DNA of 63,914 nt, counting the filler, from Nitrospinae bacterium RIFCSPLOWO2_12_FULL_45_22 (lineage in GTDB: Bacteria > 2-12-FULL-45-22), in NCBI GenBank assembly GCA_001803565.1. It is 7 parts of 7 records of this genome, joined end to end, with 100 filler letters (N's around TTAATTAATTAA, not from the genome) between each part and the next. Parts side by side here need not be neighbours in the genome. Positions count along the whole stretch, not along the records: positions 8,050 to 24,799 come from MHDQ01000061.1; positions 24,900 to 32,768 come from MHDQ01000062.1; 5 more parts are not named here. One strand, written 5' to 3'. The translations under genes and the position numbers were made by a program. Shown piece after piece: positions 19,124 through 29,442 of the stretch (positions are counted from its first letter, which is position 1; the number at the start of each line of letters is the position of its first letter). Under the pieces are notes generated by a model that saw nothing but the letters and a program-made list of their open reading frames with translations, was not told the origin of the DNA and made no database searches.

Positions 19124-19707
19124 TCAAAATCAATCTTTTACCTTACCGAGAAGAAAGGGAGAAGTTAGGTACCTTAGGTTTTCTCTTGACTGCGGTGGGT
19201 ATCCTTATCTTATTTATGTTCTTATTGTCTTTAATATGGCTCCGACAAAATGGTCAGATAGCCTCTCTCCAGGATAAAAAAGCTGCTTTACAAAAGGATA
19301 TAGAGCAACTACAGGCGATAATAAAAGAAGCTGATGAGATGGAAAATGAGGTAAAAATCTTAGAGAGCAAGGTTCAGGCTATTGATCTCCTGAAAAAGAA
19401 TCAGCAAGGACCGGTACTCTTATTGGATGGGTTGAGTCAAAGGATTGCCGATGATGCCTGGTTAGATTCTTTAACTGAACAAGACTCTCAATTTACTATC
19501 CAGGGGTCTGCTTTAACTAACGAGGGTGTAGCGACCTTTATGAAGAAACTGGCTGGTTCAGAACATATTAAGGAAGTGGAGCTAGTGCAATCGGTCCAGA
19601 CTACTTCTATGGAAGAGGAGGTCTACAATTTTACTATAACCTTCAAATGGGGTAGTGCCGTGGCTACTGGGGAGAAAAAAGAAGAAAAGAAGGAGGAGAA
19701 GAAGTGA
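19120..19707 (+). CDS. pilN: Type IV pilus assembly protein PilN
   Basis: MIKINLLP motif, TM, coiled coil. Confidence 0.93.
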   Translation: MIKINLLPYREEREKLGTLGFLLTAVGILILFMFLLSLIWLRQNGQIASLQDKKAALQKDIEQLQAIIKEADEMENEVKILESKVQAIDLLKKNQQGPVLLLDGLSQRIADDAWLDSLTEQDSQFTIQGSALTNEGVATFMKKLAGSEHIKEVELVQSVQTTSMEEEVYNFTITFKWGSAVATGEKKEEKKEEKK

Positions 19708-20318
19708 ACTGGCTTGACCAGCTCCATGAACAATTGAAGCCCCTACCGTCCTGGCAGAGATGGGCTTTACCAGGTATTCCAATTATTTTAATAGCAGTGC
19801 TTTTCTATTACCTGATTTATAATGGTAAGGCGCAACAAATAGCCACCTTACAGGAAGAAGTCGGCAAGCTGGAAGCAGATCTGACCGAGGCTAGAGCTAA
19901 AGGGGCCAGGTTGCCTGAACTAAAGAAAAAACATGAGGAACTTAAAACGCTCCTTTCTCAACTGGTTGCCCAACTCCCCGATAGTAAAGAAATACCAGAC
20001 TTACTTATGCAGATATCTGGCCTGGGTAGAAAATCAGGGTTAGAATTCACCCTTTTTAAACCCCAACCCGAGCAGCCCAAGGAATTTTATGCTGAAATCC
20101 CGGTAGATATAGAAGTAAAAGGAGGTTATCATGATCTGGCCAGATTCTTTGAACGGATTGGCACACTATCTCGGATAGTTAATATCAGAAATATCAGAAT
20201 AGCCGAGCCTAAGCTGGAAGGAGAAAATGTTATGCTCAAGGCCAACTGCCTGGCCATGACTTTCCGTTCGCTAAGGCCGGAAGAGATAAAGACAGAGGCC
20301 AATGCTACAGAAAAATAG
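19704..20318 (+). CDS. pilO: Type IV pilus assembly protein PilO
   Basis: QLP...EIPDLL..I...G..SGL, FYAEIP....V.G.YH. Confidence 0.93.
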   Translation: MNWLDQLHEQLKPLPSWQRWALPGIPIILIAVLFYYLIYNGKAQQIATLQEEVGKLEADLTEARAKGARLPELKKKHEELKTLLSQLVAQLPDSKEIPDLLMQISGLGRKSGLEFTLFKPQPEQPKEFYAEIPVDIEVKGGYHDLARFFERIGTLSRIVNIRNIRIAEPKLEGENVMLKANCLAMTFRSLRPEEIKTEANATEK

Positions 20319-20826
20319 CATCCTAATATTATCATCTCTGCTAGCCCTGGTATTGATCTGGGGTTGTGGTGGGGAAGAATTACCCCCCCCCTTGGTTATG
20401 CCCCCAAAAAAGAAACTCACTTCGTCCATCGCCAAGGTAATGAAAGAAGAGAAAAAAGAGCCACCTTATTCTTACAAAGCCGAGGGGCGTCGTGACCCTT
20501 TTAAATCCCTCCTCTTCGGTAGGGCTGCCCAAAAGGAAAAAGAGCAGAAGGAAGGGGTAAAGATAATTGGCCCATTACAAAACTATGACCTTGAAACCTT
20601 AAAGCTGGTGGGGATAGTTTGGGGTGAGCTGGGCAATTTTGCTATTATAGAAGCCCCAGATGGTAAGGGCTATAATGCTTATTTGAATACGCCTATTGGC
20701 AAGCATAATGGTTGGATAAAAGAAATAACGGCCGATAAAATAGTCATTAGCGAAAGTTATATAAATATTAAGGGTGAGAAGAAAGATAAAGAAGTAGTCG
20801 TGGAACTCCGTAAAGAGGAGGGATAG
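20302..20826 (+). CDS. pilP: Type IV pilus lipoprotein PilP
   Basis: Lipobox (IWGC), Y....RRDPF, PLQ.Y.L..LKLVG. Confidence 0.92.
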   Translation: MLQKNSILILSSLLALVLIWGCGGEELPPPLVMPPKKKLTSSIAKVMKEEKKEPPYSYKAEGRRDPFKSLLFGRAAQKEKEQKEGVKIIGPLQNYDLETLKLVGIVWGELGNFAIIEAPDGKGYNAYLNTPIGKHNGWIKEITADKIVISESYINIKGEKKDKEVVVELRKEEG

Positions 20827-20831
20827 CCCCC

Positions 20832-22652
20832 ATGCAGATTAATGATAAGTTCCGCTATTTTTGTTATGCCGTAATCGTTCCTTGTATCTTGCTACTCTTG
20901 GCCCCTTGCAGTGTCAATAAAGAGCCATTAGTCAAACCACCTGGCCCGGCTTCACCACCTATATCCGTAGCTAGAAACTCTATCACTAAGGTAGAGGCCA
21001 GGGCATTGGCCAGCGAGACCCAGGTAGTTATCCATGCCCGAACCCCACTCACTCATTCTCTCTTCAAAATGACTGATCCCCTCCTCCTCATAATTGATAT
21101 GGATAATGCCCGTTTCTTGCCCAGCTCAAAGAAGACCATTCCCGTGAATAATGATCTCGTTTCTTATATTACTTTTTTGAATAACGAAAAGAGGAATCTT
21201 GCTCGCCTGGAAATCTACCTGAAACAGGATGTTAACCCCACAGTTACTACTCAAGATAATAGCTTGGTGGCTCATTTAACCAGGTCGGTTGCCCAGGTTC
21301 CCAGGGCAGAAGTAAAAGAGACAAAGCTACCTACCGCGGCCAAAGATAACAAACAGACTAAAGAAGCGAAAAAGGCAGAAACTCCTCAATATACTGGCCA
21401 GAAGATATCTCTTGATTTCCAGGAGGCAGATGTCCATACCATCCTGCGGATTCTGGCTGAGGTAAGTAGACTGAATATTATCACCGGTGGGGAGGTTAAA
21501 GGGAAGGTAACTATTCGTTTATTGAATGTCCCCTGGGATCAGGCCCTGGATTTAATATTAAAATCACAAGGCTTAGGCAAAGAGCGGGTAGGTAACGTCA
21601 TGCGTGTTGCTCCGCTAGAGTATTTCCAGCAAGAGCAAGAAAAGATACTGGCTGCTAAGCAGGCAGAAGCCGCAGCCGAAGAATTAATCACTACTATAAT
21701 GTCGGTCAACTATGCTACGGCTGAAGAACTCCAGCCCAAGCTGCAACCGTCTCTGAGTAAAAGAGGCAATATCAGTGTCGATGCCCGCACTAATACCCTG
21801 ATCATAAAAGATATTGAGATAAATACCAAGGAGGTCTTATCACTGGTTAAGGCTCTAGATAAACGTACCCCTCAAGTAGCCATCTATGCCCGGATTGTCG
21901 AGGTGAGAAAGGATTTTGAGCGAGATTTCGGTATCCAATGGGGTGGGGGATTTGGGCGGGTAGGAACAGCAGGAGATACTACTGCGGTAGTAAGCGGTGA
22001 TCGTACCGGCCGCCTGGGCGAAACCGAGACCTCGGTGGAAGGGCGCCGGCCAGGCAATCTGGTGGTTAATCTACCGGCCGCTATTGGTGAAGGTTCTGGC
22101 GGGGCATTTGGTTTTGTGATAGACCGAATCTCGGGCAATTCATTCTTTAACCTGGATGCCCAGATTGAGGCTATGGAGAATGCTGGCAAATTAAAAGTAA
22201 TCTCTGCCCCTCGGGTTACTACCCTCGACAATCGAGAGGCCCTCATCAGAACCGGTTCCAGTATTCCTTTTGCAACAGTATCAGCCGAAGGTACCCAGAC
22301 TCAACTGATAGACGCTGTGACTGAACTGGCCGTTACACCCCATATAACGGCCGATGGTTATGTGGGTATGAAAATCAGGGCTTCTCGTAACGCCCCTAAT
22401 ACGGCTCTGGCTGTAGCAGGCGCGACTTCAGCCGGGATTGATAAGCGGGAAGCTAACACTGAAGTCCTGGTAAAAGATAGTGATACCATCATTATTGGTG
22501 GTATGTTCATCAAGACCGATTCTTTTTCTACGGGTGGTGTCCCTTACCTGAATCGGATACCACTTTTGGGCTGGCTCTTCCGTGACGAATCTATAGCGGA
22601 TAGGAACGAAGAGCTCCTCATATTTATTACCCCCCGAATAGTCGAGGGCTAG
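20832..22652 (+). CDS. pilQ: Type IV pilus secretin PilQ
   Basis: AMIN-like N-terminus, YTG.KISLDFQ.AD, VPWDQALD, D.RTN.LII.D, secretin C-terminus (ELLIFITPRI). Confidence 0.95.
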   Translation: MQINDKFRYFCYAVIVPCILLLLAPCSVNKEPLVKPPGPASPPISVARNSITKVEARALASETQVVIHARTPLTHSLFKMTDPLLLIIDMDNARFLPSSKKTIPVNNDLVSYITFLNNEKRNLARLEIYLKQDVNPTVTTQDNSLVAHLTRSVAQVPRAEVKETKLPTAAKDNKQTKEAKKAETPQYTGQKISLDFQEADVHTILRILAEVSRLNIITGGEVKGKVTIRLLNVPWDQALDLILKSQGLGKERVGNVMRVAPLEYFQQEQEKILAAKQAEAAAEELITTIMSVNYATAEELQPKLQPSLSKRGNISVDARTNTLIIKDIEINTKEVLSLVKALDKRTPQVAIYARIVEVRKDFERDFGIQWGGGFGRVGTAGDTTAVVSGDRTGRLGETETSVEGRRPGNLVVNLPAAIGEGSGGAFGFVIDRISGNSFFNLDAQIEAMENAGKLKVISAPRVTTLDNREALIRTGSSIPFATVSAEGTQTQLIDAVTELAVTPHITADGYVGMKIRASRNAPNTALAVAGATSAGIDKREANTEVLVKDSDTIIIGGMFIKTDSFSTGGVPYLNRIPLLGWLFRDESIADRNEELLIFITPRIVEG

Positions 22653-22689
22653 AAATACCCCGAGTCTTCCATTACTAGTTAAATTTATT

Positions 22690-22795
22690 ACCACAAAGAC
22701 ACAAAGAGAAGGGAGACAGAGAGGGGAGAAAGGAGTCGAGCCTTTTCCTATCTCAAACCTCTGTCTTTTCTTAGTGCTCTTTGTGGCTCTGTGGT
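22690..22795. repeat. Hairpin element (ACCACAAAGACACAAAGAG...CTCTTTGTGGCTCTGTGGT) between convergent genes
   Basis: ~19-bp imperfect inverted arms; purine-rich and pyrimidine-rich inner halves. Confidence 0.72.
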
Positions 22796-22825
22796 TCAGT
22801 TATGATTACCTTTGCTATCAAGCTA

Positions 22826-23608
22826 TTAGCGGCCTTTGAACTGGGGCTTACGCTTCTCCACAAAGGCATTCATACCCTCTTTCTGGTCCTGCGAGGAGAA
22901 GAGAACCCCAGCGGCCTTTGCATCCAGGGCCAATGCTTTATCTATTGGTATATCAGCCCCTTCATTTACCAGGGTTTTTATCATTCGCACTGCCAGCGGG
23001 GCACAGCTCATAATACTCCGGGCGATCTTTTTGGTCTCTTCTATTAGCTTATCAGCCGGTACGACCTGATTGGCCAGATTGATCCGTAAGGCAGTCTGGG
23101 CATCAATAGGCTCACCGGTCATATTCATCTGTTTTGCCCAGGCGGTTCCTACCCGCTTTGCGAGCCGCTGCACACCACCCCAACCAGCAAATACACCAAT
23201 CTTGGCCTCCGGTACGCCAAAACGGGCCTTCTCTGAGGCAATAATAAAGTCACAGCCCAGGGCCAATTCCAAACCACCACCCAGACAATAACCATTTACT
23301 GCCGCAATCACTGGCTTAGAGAGGTTATTTAGCATAGCAAAGGTCTTCTGGCCACCAGTAACCAGGTCTAAACCACCCAGGGGGTCCAGGTCCTTTACAT
23401 CTTTGATATCTGCCCCGGAGACAAAGGATTTGTCTCCCGCACCAGTAATGATTAATGCCTTTATAGCATCATCGCCCTCCAGCTCAGTGGCTACTTCACG
23501 GAGTTCTTTTAAGGTCTCGCGATTCAATGCATTCAAGGCCTCTGGGCGATTAATAGTAATGATTGCTATTCCCTCTTCTCTGGATACTATCAAATTTTTA
23601 TGTGCCAT
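22826..23608 (-). CDS. Enoyl-CoA hydratase (crotonase family)
   Basis: INRP.ALNAL, F.SGADI, GGGLELAL.CD, FG.PE..IG; both catalytic Glu present. Confidence 0.93.
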   Translation of the reverse strand: MAHKNLIVSREEGIAIITINRPEALNALNRETLKELREVATELEGDDAIKALIITGAGDKSFVSGADIKDVKDLDPLGGLDLVTGGQKTFAMLNNLSKPVIAAVNGYCLGGGLELALGCDFIIASEKARFGVPEAKIGVFAGWGGVQRLAKRVGTAWAKQMNMTGEPIDAQTALRINLANQVVPADKLIEETKKIARSIMSCAPLAVRMIKTLVNEGADIPIDKALALDAKAAGVLFSSQDQKEGMNAFVEKRKPQFKGR

Positions 23609-23637
23609 CCTCTGCCTCCTTTCTCTCACCGAGGTAC

Positions 23638-23722
23638 TGTAGTGGCAGAGCCTGATACCCTTCGGGTGCTGCTAAGAATGACCAAATGACCCGGAAAGAG
23701 TCGAGCAAGCTCGACCACTACA
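23638..23722. repeat. GTAG REP-like element
   Basis: TGTAGTGG...GTCGAGCAAGCTCGACCACTACA; related to 5262-5308. Confidence 0.65.
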
Positions 23723-23733
23723 AAATTATTTAT

Positions 23734-24798
23734 CTAAAGGCCTAACTCTTTACCGATGATCTCCCGCTGGATCTGGGATGTCCCTCCACCGATAGATTCA
23801 CAACGTAGATCCCGGAATACCCGCTGGACGGGATACTCCAGCATATAACCATAACCGCCATGGATTTGCAAGGCATTATTTGTTACCCGGTTAGCCATTT
23901 CAGTAGCAAAAAGCTTGGCCATAGATATCTCTTTAACGGCCTTGATGCCCTGGTGATAGAGCCAGGCAGCATAGTAAGTGAGTTGCCGGGCGGCCTCAAT
24001 CTCCGTTGCCATATCGGCCAACATGTGTCGTATAGCCTGGAATTTGCCGATGGGTTGGCCGAACTGGACCCTCTCCTGGGCATATCTGATAGTATCTTCC
24101 AACACCTTCTGGGTCATGGAGACGCAGCGGACTGCGATCAGGAGGCGCTCACCTTGAAAATGATCCATGATCTGATAGAACCCTTCCCCTTCTTTACCCA
24201 GGAGGTTGTTTCTGGGGATGCGACAATCTTCAAAGACTAACTCTGCGGTATCGGAAGACCAACGCCCCATCTTCCGCAGCTTTCGCCCCACACTGAACCC
24301 CGCCCGCTCTTTATCTACTAGAAACAGACTGATCCCTCTGGTCCCTTTAACCGTCTTATCGGTCTTGGCCGCCAGCATCACACAGTCGGCTATACAGCCA
24401 TTGGAGATGAATATCTTGGTGCCATTGATGACATATTCATCGCCATTTCGTACCCCCATGGTCTGGATACCAGAAACATCGGAACCAGCATTAGGCTCAC
24501 TAATGCCTAAGGCAAATAGTTTCTCACCTCTTATTCCGGGGATCAGGTAATGCCGTTTCTGGTCTTCTGTGCCGAGACGATAAATAATGGGGGTGACCAT
24601 ATCTGACTGAACCATAATACTTGAAGTTACACCACCGCTGCCGCACCGGGCCAGCTCTTCGGCAAATATTACCGAGAAGAAAAAATCTACCCCGCTGCCG
24701 CCATACTCCTCCGGGAAGCGCAAACCGAAAAAGCCTAACTGTCCCATACGGGGGAATATCTCCCGGGGCATCTCTTCTTTTTCCTCCCATTCGTCTAT
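23734..24798 (-). CDS. Acyl-CoA dehydrogenase (LCAD/AtuD-like), 5'-truncated
   Basis: ISEP.AGSD, NG.K.FI.NG, R.QFG..I..FQ, Q.HGG.GY. IGGGT lacks the MCAD-type Glu, while FQGERL supplies the LCAD-type Glu. Confidence 0.92.
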   Translation of the reverse strand: MDEWEEKEEMPREIFPRMGQLGFFGLRFPEEYGGSGVDFFFSVIFAEELARCGSGGVTSSIMVQSDMVTPIIYRLGTEDQKRHYLIPGIRGEKLFALGISEPNAGSDVSGIQTMGVRNGDEYVINGTKIFISNGCIADCVMLAAKTDKTVKGTRGISLFLVDKERAGFSVGRKLRKMGRWSSDTAELVFEDCRIPRNNLLGKEGEGFYQIMDHFQGERLLIAVRCVSMTQKVLEDTIRYAQERVQFGQPIGKFQAIRHMLADMATEIEAARQLTYYAAWLYHQGIKAVKEISMAKLFATEMANRVTNNALQIHGGYGYMLEYPVQRVFRDLRCESIGGGTSQIQREIIGKELGL

Positions 24799-24799
24799 A

Positions 24800-24899
24800 N
24801 NNNNNNNNNNNNNNNNNNNNNNNNNNNNNNNNNNNNNNNNNNNTTAATTAATTAANNNNNNNNNNNNNNNNNNNNNNNNNNNNNNNNNNNNNNNNNNNN
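24800..24899. other. Artificial scaffold linker
   Basis: N-TTAATTAATTAA-N. Confidence 0.98.
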
Positions 24900-25070
24900 G
24901 ATTTAGGCTTTTGATATTGTTTAGGGTTTAGTGCTTGGGATTTAGAGTTTGTTAAGCCGGGTTGCTCTCAGTAAATGTGACAATGTCAAGTTAATCATAA
25001 GGTTAAATCCAAAGTTCAAAATTCAGATGCCCAAATATTTGAACTTTGAGCTTTGACATTTGTGGCTTTT
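24900..25070. repeat. Heptamer-periodic hairpin tracts upstream of lptFG
   Basis: AAATCCAAAGTTCAAA...TTTGAAC TTTGAGC TTTGACA; also a G/T-rich half tract at the scaffold edge. Confidence 0.6.
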
Positions 25071-25074
25071 ATTT

Positions 25075-27492
25075 ATGAAGATTATTTATCGTTCCATCCT
25101 CAAAGAGTTAATTTCCTTTTTCTTATTAGGTTTAGTGATCTTTTCTTTCATCCTGCTTTTAGAAAGGATCATTTACCTCATTGACCTAAGCTTTAAGCAG
25201 GGAGTTCCGTTCTTAATTACCCTTAAACTTTTAATATATATTTTCCCGACCTTCGCTATATTTACTATCCCTGTTTCGCTGCTGGTAGCGAGTGTTACCG
25301 TCTTTAGTCGCTTATCGAGTGATGGTGAGATTGTGGCTTTAAAGGCTTCGGGCTTTAGTCTATATCGGTTGTTAATTCCCGGGGTCATTCTTTCTCTTTT
25401 TGTGGCGCTAGTTAATGCCTTTTTTATCCTCTGGGGCCAACCCTGGGGTAATCAGGCCTTTAAGAAAGCCCTATTTCAGTTAGTAGAATCCCAGGCAAAT
25501 CTAAACCTCAAAGAAGGGGTGTTTAACGATTATCCTGGAGGATTAGTTATCTATGTGAGAGAGATACCATTAGGTGAGGCCCGCTTAAAGAGAGTAGTGA
25601 TTTCAGATACCAGGGATCAGGAATCTTCCCAGATAATCTTTGGTGAGGAAGGTGTTCTGGTTTCTAATCCTGGTGGAGCAAACCCAGTATTGGCATTAAA
25701 AAATGGCTCTATCCACAAAATCTTTGGGGATAAAGGTAAGTATGAGTTGTTGAATTTCTCCTCTTACCAGCTCTCTTTAGGGGGCTATAATATGTGGGAC
25801 CAGGAAGAAGGTTCTAAGAAGTCTAGCAAGGAGATGACCTTTAAGGAGATCAGAGAAAAGCTGAATGAGTGGGTTCAATCCAAGCCCAGGGACTATCGGG
25901 AAAGCAGATATTATTATAAAGTATTGACCGAATTCCACCGGAAATTTTCTTTGCCCTATGCCTGTCTTGTCCTGGGATTATTGGGCATACCTCTCGGGAT
26001 AAAAAACCAGCGGAGCGGTCGCTCCGGGGGTTTTGCCATCAGTATTGTGGTCCTAACAATCTATAACATGCTCTCGGTAACTAGTGAAGGACTGGCAGAA
26101 GGAGGAGGAATCCATCCTTTATTAGCCTTGTGGATCCCTAACCTTATCTTAACCCTGGTGACTGTTTATGTGATATATAAAGTAGGACAGGAACTACCTT
26201 TTAAGGGCTTAGAGAGGCTCGTGGAGTGGGTAGAGGAATGGCTGGACAAGTTGATAAAGGGCTTAGAAAGGCCCCTGGGGTGGGGAAAGAGATGGCGGGA
26301 TAAGTGGAAGAAAAAGAAGGGGTCGGAACCCTTCAGAGGAGTCTCGCAAGGCAAGAATATAACCCCACCAAAACAGGGGTTATATTCTGGGCTATTGGTC
26401 CAACCCCGGCTTAAAATCCTGAACCGCTATCTAGCCCGAGAGTATGGGAAGATACTTTTTTTTGGGTTAGGAGCCTTTGTGAGTATATATTTTTTAGTGG
26501 AGTTCATCGGCCGCCTTGAAGATATGGCCCACCATGGGACCGAGCTATACTATCTGTTCCTTTATTTTGTTTATAAATTACCGGCTATTATCTACCAGGT
26601 ATTACCCTTTGCTATCCTATTATCATCTATTGTTACTATAACTCTTCTGGGCCGTAATAATGAGCTGACTGCTATAAAATCTTGTGGCATCAGCCTCTAT
26701 CGCTTATCCGTACCGCTGCTCATACTAGGACTATTATTCAGTTTTTTCTCCTTCCTGGGCAATGAGTTCCTCCTGCCTTATACCAACCACCAGGCTGATC
26801 AGATGTTACGGGTAAAGATCAAGAAGAGGATACCCAGGGGTGTCTTTAAGAATACAAAGATTTGGTATCGTGGAGAAGATAATACCATCTGGCATATTCA
26901 ACTCTTATCTCCGGCTGGGAAAGTCATGCGGGGTGTTACGCTCTTGAAGTTTGATGAGCAGGAGTGGCTGAAAGAGAGAGTGGATGCCGATAGGGTTGAA
27001 TGGAAGGACAAAAGATTTATGTTTCTTTCTGGCTATGCCAGAAATTTTAGCCCAGATGGTTCTATGCAGAGCCACTATTTTTCCCAGAGAGAGGTTTATT
27101 CTACTGAACAGATAGAGGATTTCCGAATAGTACAGAAAACGCCGGAACAGATGAGTTTTAGGGAATTATATGGCTTTGTTCAGAAACTGAGGATTAATGG
27201 GTTTGATGCCACGGCATATACCGTAGATATGCATTCCAAGCTTTCTCTACCCATGGCGTGCCTCATTATGGTCATTGTGGGGATTCCTTTTTCGCTCCGT
27301 TCTTCCCGGAGTGGAGGGTTGCCTTTGGGGATAATCTTTAGCCTCTTCCTGGGATTTGCCTATTGGTTGCTTTATTTTATTGGTATCTCCTTAGGCCATG
27401 CTGGCCGCCTTCCTCCCTTGGTAGCGGCATGGAGTACTGATATCCTCTTTTTGGCAGTAGCGATCTATCTTATTCTGAGCGATAGACAATAA
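25075..27492 (+). CDS. lptFG: Fused LPS export permease LptF-LptG
   Basis: Two YjgP/YjgQ domains (RLSSDGEIVALKASG; L.RNNELTAIKSCG) joined by a basic linker in one open frame. Confidence 0.92.
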   Translation: MKIIYRSILKELISFFLLGLVIFSFILLLERIIYLIDLSFKQGVPFLITLKLLIYIFPTFAIFTIPVSLLVASVTVFSRLSSDGEIVALKASGFSLYRLLIPGVILSLFVALVNAFFILWGQPWGNQAFKKALFQLVESQANLNLKEGVFNDYPGGLVIYVREIPLGEARLKRVVISDTRDQESSQIIFGEEGVLVSNPGGANPVLALKNGSIHKIFGDKGKYELLNFSSYQLSLGGYNMWDQEEGSKKSSKEMTFKEIREKLNEWVQSKPRDYRESRYYYKVLTEFHRKFSLPYACLVLGLLGIPLGIKNQRSGRSGGFAISIVVLTIYNMLSVTSEGLAEGGGIHPLLALWIPNLILTLVTVYVIYKVGQELPFKGLERLVEWVEEWLDKLIKGLERPLGWGKRWRDKWKKKKGSEPFRGVSQGKNITPPKQGLYSGLLVQPRLKILNRYLAREYGKILFFGLGAFVSIYFLVEFIGRLEDMAHHGTELYYLFLYFVYKLPAIIYQVLPFAILLSSIVTITLLGRNNELTAIKSCGISLYRLSVPLLILGLLFSFFSFLGNEFLLPYTNHQADQMLRVKIKKRIPRGVFKNTKIWYRGEDNTIWHIQLLSPAGKVMRGVTLLKFDEQEWLKERVDADRVEWKDKRFMFLSGYARNFSPDGSMQSHYFSQREVYSTEQIEDFRIVQKTPEQMSFRELYGFVQKLRINGFDATAYTVDMHSKLSLPMACLIMVIVGIPFSLRSSRSGGLPLGIIFSLFLGFAYWLLYFIGISLGHAGRLPPLVAAWSTDILFLAVAIYLILSDRQ

Positions 27493-27496
27493 CAGG

Positions 27497-27558
27497 CGTG
27501 TCCGTGATGCGTGCCATCGTGTCCGGAAACGGACACGGATTACGGCCACGGTTTACGC
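27497..27558. repeat. CGTGTCCG/CGGACACG hairpin between convergent genes
   Basis: CGTGTCCGT..CGTGTCCG GAAA CGGACACGG..ACGGCCACGG. Confidence 0.6.
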
Positions 27559-29064
27559 TTAGTAGAGGCTGGCCCGGGCTATTTTCCCGGTGCCGGTCTT
27601 GGGGAGATACTCCCTAAATTCAATCAGGTCGGGGATCTTAAAATCAGCCAGGTGTTCTCGACAGTAAGATTGGATGTCCTTTTTCGAGAGCTTGTGTCCA
27701 GGTCTGGGTACTATGATTGCCTTGACCCGTTCTCCGCGCATGAAATCTGGCACCCCAATGACGGCTACCTCTCCTATCCCTGGGTGCTTCAATAGGCATT
27801 CTTCTATCTCTGCGGGATAGACATTCAATCCTCCGGTGATAATCATATCCTTTCCCCGGCCTACAATATAGAGATAATTGTCCTGGTCAAACCTCCCTAG
27901 ATCGCCACTATAAAACCAGCCATCTCTAATCACCTGGGCAGTGGCCTCAGGGTTATTATAATAGCCTTTCATGACCTGTGGTCCCTTGATAATAACCTCT
28001 CCTACCTCACCCGGTGGCAGGACGTTGCCTTTTTCATCCACTACTCGTATTTCTACCCGAGGGACGGGTTTACCGGCACTACCCAGCTTCTTTTCCCAGT
28101 CTTCCAACGATACTAAAGTTACTATAGGAGAAGTTTCAGTCAATCCGTATCCCTGTAACACCTTTACTCCGGGATATCTATCCTTAAACTCCTCCATGAG
28201 GACCAGGGGTACTGGTGCACCCATCATGGCAATAAAGCGTAAACTGCTGGTATCATAATGCCGTTCCCGGCTTACTTTTAACAGGGCCTGGAAGATGGGG
28301 GGCACGCCATGAAACCAGCTTATCCTGTGCCTTTCTATTGCTTCCAGTATAGTTTCGGGCCGGATGGTATCCAGGATAACCAGGGTACTACCTAGCAGGA
28401 TCAGTTGGTTGATAAGGATCGGGCCAGAGATATGGGACATGGGTAGCAAGATGGCATTGATGTCGTCTTCTGTTACCCCAAGCGGTGCCATAGTCTCCGG
28501 GAAGCAGTCTAGATGATCAAAGGTTAAGACCACCCCTTTGGGGCGGCCAGTAGTGCCTGAAGTATATAGGATTAAGGCATCATCACTCCCCTTAACTTTT
28601 ATATCCCAGTTTATTTCCGCAGGGTATTGGATAAGCTCTTCATAACCAAGGGTATTGCCATCCCATTTCTGGTTAGTCCCCACCCCAATTACTTTCAGGA
28701 AATCCTTTAACTCTTTCTCTAGCTCCCTGACTAAGCCCAAGGAAGAATGGTGGGCTATCAGGGTAGAGACTCCCCAATCCCTGATGATAGAGCTGATCTC
28801 TTCTTTAGTCAATCGTATATCTAATGGGATTGCTACGCTCCCCATCTGCACAACCGCCAGATAAGCAACAGCAAACTCTGGACAGTTGGGCAGCAATAAG
28901 GCCACTTTATTTTTCTGGCTAACCCCGTGTTCTCTTAAAGCCCTGGAAAGAGAAGCGGCTTCGGTTTTGATCTGTTCAAAACTTAGTCTCTGATTCCGAT
29001 AAATTATAGCGGTCTTGTGGGGCAGCCGGCTGGCAGTCTCTTCCAAGGTCTTCCGTATATCCAT
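27559..29064 (-). CDS. Long-chain acyl-CoA ligase (AMP-binding, FadD-like)
   Basis: YTSGTTGRPKG, GYGLTE, SGDLG, GG.NVYP.EIE, LPKT.TGKI. Confidence 0.94.
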   Translation of the reverse strand: MDIRKTLEETASRLPHKTAIIYRNQRLSFEQIKTEAASLSRALREHGVSQKNKVALLLPNCPEFAVAYLAVVQMGSVAIPLDIRLTKEEISSIIRDWGVSTLIAHHSSLGLVRELEKELKDFLKVIGVGTNQKWDGNTLGYEELIQYPAEINWDIKVKGSDDALILYTSGTTGRPKGVVLTFDHLDCFPETMAPLGVTEDDINAILLPMSHISGPILINQLILLGSTLVILDTIRPETILEAIERHRISWFHGVPPIFQALLKVSRERHYDTSSLRFIAMMGAPVPLVLMEEFKDRYPGVKVLQGYGLTETSPIVTLVSLEDWEKKLGSAGKPVPRVEIRVVDEKGNVLPPGEVGEVIIKGPQVMKGYYNNPEATAQVIRDGWFYSGDLGRFDQDNYLYIVGRGKDMIITGGLNVYPAEIEECLLKHPGIGEVAVIGVPDFMRGERVKAIIVPRPGHKLSKKDIQSYCREHLADFKIPDLIEFREYLPKTGTGKIARASLY

Positions 29065-29147
29065 GGGTCTTTCCCTCCGTTAGCTAAATATCTTATTCCC
29101 CTCAGCCCGCCAATATAAAACTGGTTACTGTTGGCAAAGAAGGTTAA

Positions 29148-29429
29148 CTAGCCGCCTCCCAATGCGGAGAGGACAGATAGCTGATCCTGGTGCTTAAGGA
29201 CAGTGGTGCTATCTGAGAAGTAATTTATTCTATCCCCGTTAAGTAAAATTACCCAGCCCGCAGGGAATTCGTCTTTGACTTTAGCAAAGAGTTTTATCTT
29301 TAGCTTTTTGTCAATGAGGCGAAAGATTTCGGCCAGAGGAGTCTCCTTTTGGATCTCCAGCGAGAAGCTCTCCTTGAGAAATTTTTGGGCGAAGATGCCC
29401 CGGATATTGACTTCTATTTCGTGGGACAT
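29148..29429 (-). CDS. MoaD/ThiS-family sulfur carrier
   Basis: 93 aa; ILLNG; C-terminal GG; follows the AOR gene. Confidence 0.85.
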   Translation of the reverse strand: MSHEIEVNIRGIFAQKFLKESFSLEIQKETPLAEIFRLIDKKLKIKLFAKVKDEFPAGWVILLNGDRINYFSDSTTVLKHQDQLSVLSALGGG

Positions 29430-29442
29430 GGGTATATTCGTA

